A stretch of 10,367 bases of DNA from a virus (taxonomy: Duplodnaviria; Heunggongvirae; Uroviricota; Caudoviricetes), in the IMG/VR virus record IMGVR_UViG_3300032270_000270, positions 64,001-74,367 of that record, one strand, 5' to 3'. The stretch's first letter is position 1. Each line of letters begins with the position of its first letter. The notes beneath the pieces were generated by a model that was given only the letters and a program-made list of their open reading frames with translations, did not search any database and was not told the origin of the DNA. Positions 6,986 to 10,367 of this stretch are shown piece after piece. Made by a program: the position numbers and the translations under genes.

Positions 6986-8048
6986 ATTAAACCATGTTGA
7001 TGGTTTGTTCTTTGAACTAATAGAAGATGGTGGTAAGAACAGAGAATATGATATACAGTTTGTAGATAGAAAAGACAATAAAACTATCTATGAAACAAAA
7101 CTAAAGCCAGGTGCGTGGGCTAGACTTAGTAGAAAGTATATATCTGATATAGCTATATTTATTAAGTATGAAGGACGTACAATTAAACAAGTAAACTTAC
7201 TAGATGAGTTTAAAGGTGAGAGGGTGTTTGTTGTATTTGAATCTAAAAGTCTTGGAGATAGCATAGCTTGGATACCATACTGTTTAGAGATGCAAGAAGT
7301 TTATAAATGTAAAGTGATTGTGTCTACATTTAAGAATGAATTGTTTGAGAGTGTATATCCTGAACTAGAGTTTGCAGACAGAGGAATAACAGTACAGAAT
7401 ATCAAAGCTAGGGTTGAACTAGGTTGGTTTTGGGATAAGGAAAAAGAACCTACACATCCTGCTACTATACCATTACAACAAGCAGCAAGTAACATATTAG
7501 CCCTACCATTTAAAGAGATACATCCTAGAATAGCATTTACACCAAGAGAAAGACCTATACCAATAGGTAACTACATTTGTATATCAACTAGATCTACAGC
7601 ACAATGTAAACACTGGTATTATTGGCCAGAGTTAATTGCTGAATTAAAAGGTAAAGGATATAGAGTTATAGAGATGTCTCAGGAAGCAGATGACTATGGA
7701 GCAGAGAAATTAGAAGATAAATCACTAGAGAATGTAATGAACTACTTGCATCATACAGAGTTATTCATAGGACTGTCTAGTGGTATCAGTTGGTTGAATT
7801 GGGGCATTGGTAAGCACACTGTAATGATTTCTAACTTCACTACACCTGATCATGAGTTCCAAAAAGAATGTACACGTATAGTTAACTTAGATGTATGTAA
7901 TGGATGTTGGAACAATCCTATGTTTAAGTTTAATAAGGGAGATTGGAACTGGTGTCCTGAACATGAAAATAGCCCTAGACATTTTGAATGTCATAAGGCT
8001 ATTTCCTTAGAATCAGTTATAAAAAAGATTACCCCTCTACTGGAATAA
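6972..8048 (+). CDS. TibC/Aah-like (autotransporter O-heptosyltransferase family) GT9 with iron-finger cysteines (358 aa)
   Basis: About 80-aa beta-rich N-terminal domain, KSLGDSIAWIPY (D96), STAQCKHW (K213), FIGLSSGISWLNW, and C309-x2-C312-x15-C328-x11-C340. Overlaps the upstream GT4 by 14 nt. Confidence 0.85.
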   Translation: MITYKLNHVDGLFFELIEDGGKNREYDIQFVDRKDNKTIYETKLKPGAWARLSRKYISDIAIFIKYEGRTIKQVNLLDEFKGERVFVVFESKSLGDSIAWIPYCLEMQEVYKCKVIVSTFKNELFESVYPELEFADRGITVQNIKARVELGWFWDKEKEPTHPATIPLQQAASNILALPFKEIHPRIAFTPRERPIPIGNYICISTRSTAQCKHWYYWPELIAELKGKGYRVIEMSQEADDYGAEKLEDKSLENVMNYLHHTELFIGLSSGISWLNWGIGKHTVMISNFTTPDHEFQKECTRIVNLDVCNGCWNNPMFKFNKGDWNWCPEHENSPRHFECHKAISLESVIKKITPLLE

Positions 8049-8109
8049 TTTTTGCATCTTCCTCTTTAGCAAGAAGTTTTTCAAGAAGAATAGGAAAATA
8101 ATGGTTATA
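8029..8109 (-). pseudogene. Possible orphan 3' end of a displaced gene
   Basis: Start-less frame YNHYFPILLEKLLAKEEDAKIIPVEG* with protein-like composition. Its stop (8031-8029) overlaps the GT9 3' end convergently by 20 nt. Upstream the frame runs through the terminator to an in-frame stop with no ATG. Confidence 0.4.
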
Positions 8110-8117
8110 GACGCAAT

Positions 8118-8150
8118 AAAAAAAGCAGGTATTTAAGCCTGCTTGTTTTT
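8118..8150. terminator. Bidirectional intrinsic terminator between the convergent operons
   Basis: AAGCAGG (8123-8129), TATTTAAG loop, CCTGCTT (8138-8144). An A run at 8118-8124 and GTTTTT at 8145-8150 give a U-tract on both strands. Confidence 0.8.
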
Positions 8151-8171
8151 ATCTTTTGGGGAAAAAATTGC

Positions 8172-8513
8172 CTATTTATCAAATTCATTATGTATTTCAA
8201 TAATTGTCTTTGACACCACCCCCCATTTCATCTCTTTGAATAACTCTTTTAGTTTAGTATAGTCAGCATCTTCTAGTTCCAATGTGGCTTTTCTTTCTAA
8301 CAAGGAGTCATCAAATTTACCTTCTGTTATTTCAAATGTGGATTTATGCTTATCTACTTCATTTAATAAGCGAACTCTTTTAATCATTTCATCTACACTA
8401 AAGCCTTCTTTTGTAGGGCTGTTGATAGCTGATTTTAATAGGTCATAAGTGGTTAAAAATGTGTCCCTTCCGCCAATGTTTTCTTTGGCTACTTTTAATT
8501 CAATTGATTTCAT
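8172..8513 (-). CDS. Hypothetical protein, last gene of the tail module (113 aa)
   Basis: Charged, helical-looking sequence with its own promoter upstream and the terminator downstream. No family recognised. Confidence 0.75.
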   Translation of the reverse strand: MKSIELKVAKENIGGRDTFLTTYDLLKSAINSPTKEGFSVDEMIKRVRLLNEVDKHKSTFEITEGKFDDSLLERKATLELEDADYTKLKELFKEMKWGVVSKTIIEIHNEFDK

Positions 8514-8528
8514 AGTTTATAATTTTTA

Positions 8529-8559
8529 CAAAGATAATTAATTAATTTAATTTTCCAAA
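8529..8559 (-). promoter_or_regulatory. Bacteroidota-type promoter for 8172..8513
   Basis: Minus strand TTTG (8559-8556), 19-nt spacer, TATCTTTG (8536-8529), 15 nt before the ATG at 8513. Confidence 0.75.
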
Positions 8560-8581
8560 TGTAGCTACAACCATAATATAG

Positions 8582-8827
8582 TTAATTGTTATAGGTTTGG
8601 TTGTAATGTTCTATTCCTTTAACACAATGACCATCTTCAGCAAATACTTCTCCGCCTTCATCAAAAGCAAAACTTATCTGCTCTTTTTCTTTTTCAAGTA
8701 AGTATTCAACAATAGTTAATACTACTCCATAAGCTACATTATGCCCATATTGATAATCGGTTAGATTAGTTGGCTGAAAAACTTTACTTTGTATTTCCTC
8801 TTTTAATTCTTGCATTGCAGTTTTCAT
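8582..8827 (-). CDS. Small hypothetical phage protein (81 aa)
   Basis: MKTAMQEL, LLEKEKEQI, HYNQTYNN pattern, which I recall as a common small-protein type in aquatic Bacteroidota phages. Fills the gap between neighbours without overlap. Confidence 0.7.
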   Translation of the reverse strand: MKTAMQELKEEIQSKVFQPTNLTDYQYGHNVAYGVVLTIVEYLLEKEKEQISFAFDEGGEVFAEDGHCVKGIEHYNQTYNN

Positions 8828-8841
8828 AATATTGGTTTTGC

Positions 8842-8849
8842 CAAAATTA
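8842..8849 (-). promoter_or_regulatory. Isolated -7 box upstream of 8582..8827
   Basis: TAATTTTG, starting at the TAA stop of 8847..9215, 14 nt before the ATG at 8827. No -33 element at canonical spacing. Confidence 0.35.
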
Positions 8850-9215
8850 GTTCATTTCCCCTAAAATTTCATCAATAGGAGCATCTTTTCTTAAATCTGC
8901 TAAAATAGAATTTATTGTTTCAGCAGGTATTTCTACTTTTTCAGGCATTGGTGGAACATAATCCCCAATGATTGTAAGGTTTAAACTTGTAGCTACGAAC
9001 TCCCAAGCATATTGGTCGTTTGCTCCCCACTTTGTGTAATCTTCACCTGTCATATTTAAACTACCCTCTTGTAATCTTTGTTGAGCAGCATCTAAAAGGT
9101 TGTAAGTGAACATTGCACTTGTTCCTAAAGTTACATTTGAAGCCCAAGTGTTTAAGTAGATTGCTTCTACAAACTGACCATTTTGCCACATTTGAATCGG
9201 TTGAATTTCTTTCAT
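8847..9215 (-). CDS. Hypothetical protein directly downstream of the tail fibre, possibly fibre-associated (122 aa)
   Basis: Starts 1 nt after the tail-fibre stop. Beta-rich N-terminal part (IQPIQMWQNGQ, MFTYNLL, YAWEFVATSLNLTI) and an acidic, Pro-containing C-terminal extension. Confidence 0.7.
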   Translation of the reverse strand: MKEIQPIQMWQNGQFVEAIYLNTWASNVTLGTSAMFTYNLLDAAQQRLQEGSLNMTGEDYTKWGANDQYAWEFVATSLNLTIIGDYVPPMPEKVEIPAETINSILADLRKDAPIDEILGEMN

Positions 9216-9216
9216 T

Positions 9217-10367
9217 TTATTTATTTTTTAAAGTTTCTATTTCTGCTTTTAATTCTTGTACCGCCTTAATTAAAACAGGTACTAATTCCGTATATCTTAC
9301 CCCTAACATTCCATCACCATTTTTATCAATTAGTTCAGGGAATATTTTTTCTACCTCTTGTGCTATTAACCCAAGATTTTGTTTGCTAGTCTTGTCATCT
9401 TTATAAGAGAAATTAATAGTTTGTAAAGTGGATAATTTTTCTACTGCGTTCTCAATATGACTATTTATGTTTTTAAGTCTAATATCCGAGTTAGCAGTCC
9501 AAGATGTTGCACCTTGAGTTAAATAAACACCACCTGAATAGTTGGTTATGTAAAGTTTATTCCCTGTAAATTGATTAATTAAAATCATATCCCCTGCTGC
9601 CGTACCTGATAAGAATTGACCTGCAGAAGTACACGCACCTAAACTACCACCTATTGTTGGTGAAGTAATTGTGTTACTAAAAGTAATCGCAGGTGCAGTA
9701 CCTGCTGCTTTAAGTTGTTGTGCAGCCGTTGTAGAAAAGAATACTAATTTAGCACCGCTTCCGTTATCAGTAGTTCCAAGTAATAAGTTACCATCACTTG
9801 TAATATACATTCTATCATTACCCCCTGCCCTAAAAATCATTTTATCAGTTCCAAAATCATAGTCTATTTTACCCATTTGAGAACCTGTACTTGCTCTTGC
9901 AAATCTTACTCCTGCAACTCCTGTTGTAGCATTACCTTTTAAATATAAAAATGTACTTCCAACCGAAGTGTCATTTGCAGTTATATCGCCACTAGTATTT
10001 AAGTAACTATTTACGTTTAAACTTTTAGTGGTATAAAATTCTTGACCGCCTGCGCCATACCCAAACTGACCTACTAAAGTACTTGTATTATAAAAATCAA
10101 ATCCATTATCACCACCTGAAGCACCACCAACTAAAGCAACTCTTACACCACCATATATTCCTGATGCAGACCTAATAAATTTACCTGCTGTTCCTGTTGT
10201 ATATGTTGGTTCAGTACCACTATCTAAACTAAATTTACCTTCGGTTGCCGTTACACTACTAGAGAATGTAGCTGCTCCTGTGGATGCTATGGTAAGTCTT
10301 GTTGTATCGGTAATTGAACTTCCTACTGTTCCACCTGTAAATGTTTTAAATGAAAATCCACCATCTA
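9217..10367 (-). CDS. Tail fibre / receptor-binding protein with C-terminal peptidase S74 intramolecular chaperone; 5' end is outside the window
   Basis: The frame is open from 10365 to the stop at 9217-9219 (382 aa visible; begins DGGFSFKTFTGGTVGSSITDTTRLTIASTGAATFSSSV), so the track's Met at 9876 is internal. Gly/Ser/Thr-rich beta-type repeats, then the autocleavage motif SDIRLK (Ser codon 9489-9487), GLIAQEV, VRYTELVPVLIKAVQEL and a terminal coiled coil. Confidence 0.9.
   Translation of the reverse strand, partial: DGGFSFKTFTGGTVGSSITDTTRLTIASTGAATFSSSVTATEGKFSLDSGTEPTYTTGTAGKFIRSASGIYGGVRVALVGGASGGDNGFDFYNTSTLVGQFGYGAGGQEFYTTKSLNVNSYLNTSGDITANDTSVGSTFLYLKGNATTGVAGVRFARASTGSQMGKIDYDFGTDKMIFRAGGNDRMYITSDGNLLLGTTDNGSGAKLVFFSTTAAQQLKAAGTAPAITFSNTITSPTIGGSLGACTSAGQFLSGTAAGDMILINQFTGNKLYITNYSGGVYLTQGATSWTANSDIRLKNINSHIENAVEKLSTLQTINFSYKDDKTSKQNLGLIAQEVEKIFPELIDKNGDGMLGVRYTELVPVLIKAVQELKAEIETLKNK

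Noticed and set aside
2002-7495. Short ORFs inside the operon (2002..2298, 2733..2927, 3977..4192, 4972..5154, 5314..5547, 5567..5752, 5765..6061, 5965..6177, 7301..7495)
   Set aside because: All are antisense or out-of-frame overlaps of well-supported genes, with no family motifs.
1748-8048. Operon as an ordinary chromosomal LPS/capsule locus
   Set aside because: No Wzx/Wzy/ABC exporter or sugar-synthesis genes, and it is flanked by lysis and tail-fibre genes. A prophage setting is still possible.
1748-8048. Operon as a DNA hypermodification system explaining the CCG gap
   Set aside because: No hydroxymethylase, kinase or other nucleotide-modifying gene is in view, and the TibC-like enzyme points to protein acceptors. 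Not excluded without the rest of the genome.
8534-8551. TAAT-type short tandem/palindromic run
   Set aside because: Low-complexity AT-rich promoter spacer, expected by chance.
9113-9862. Plus-strand ORFs 9113..9406 and 9671..9862
   Set aside because: Antisense shadows of the tail fibre and its downstream gene.
9874-9876. ATG at 9876 as the tail-fibre start
   Set aside because: The frame is open and fibre-like all the way to the window edge.
1-10367. CRISPR array, tRNA/rRNA, IS element, intron or DGR repeats
   Set aside because: Non-coding gaps are all under about 130 nt. I saw no repeat-spacer periodicity, cloverleaf, transposase, reverse transcriptase or long near-identical repeat by eye.

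Overview
This window looks like part of a tailed-phage (or prophage) genome with a probable Bacteroidota host. The host call rests on TTTG-N19-20-TAnnTTTG promoters in the intergenic gaps and no Shine-Dalgarno motifs at the gene starts I checked. From left to right: (1) a minus-strand lysis cassette (5' end of a probable GH19 endolysin, a spanin-like protein, a holin-like protein, a small membrane protein); (2) a DUF6165-like gene divergent from (3) a tightly coupled 6.3 kb plus-strand glycosylation operon (FkbM methyltransferase, RfaF-like GT9, an 886-aa GT4/GT-A-like/GT25-like fusion, a second GT4, and a TibC/Aah-type iron-finger GT9); (4) a bidirectional terminator; (5) a minus-strand tail module (three hypothetical genes and the 3' 382 codons of a tail fibre with a peptidase S74 chaperone domain). 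The best candidate for a new system is a phage-encoded protein-glycosylation pathway. A sharp compositional seam near 8.1 kb and a possible orphan gene 3' end there suggest the tail module was swapped in. All family assignments come from motif recognition by eye, not from database searches, and all motif counts are manual.
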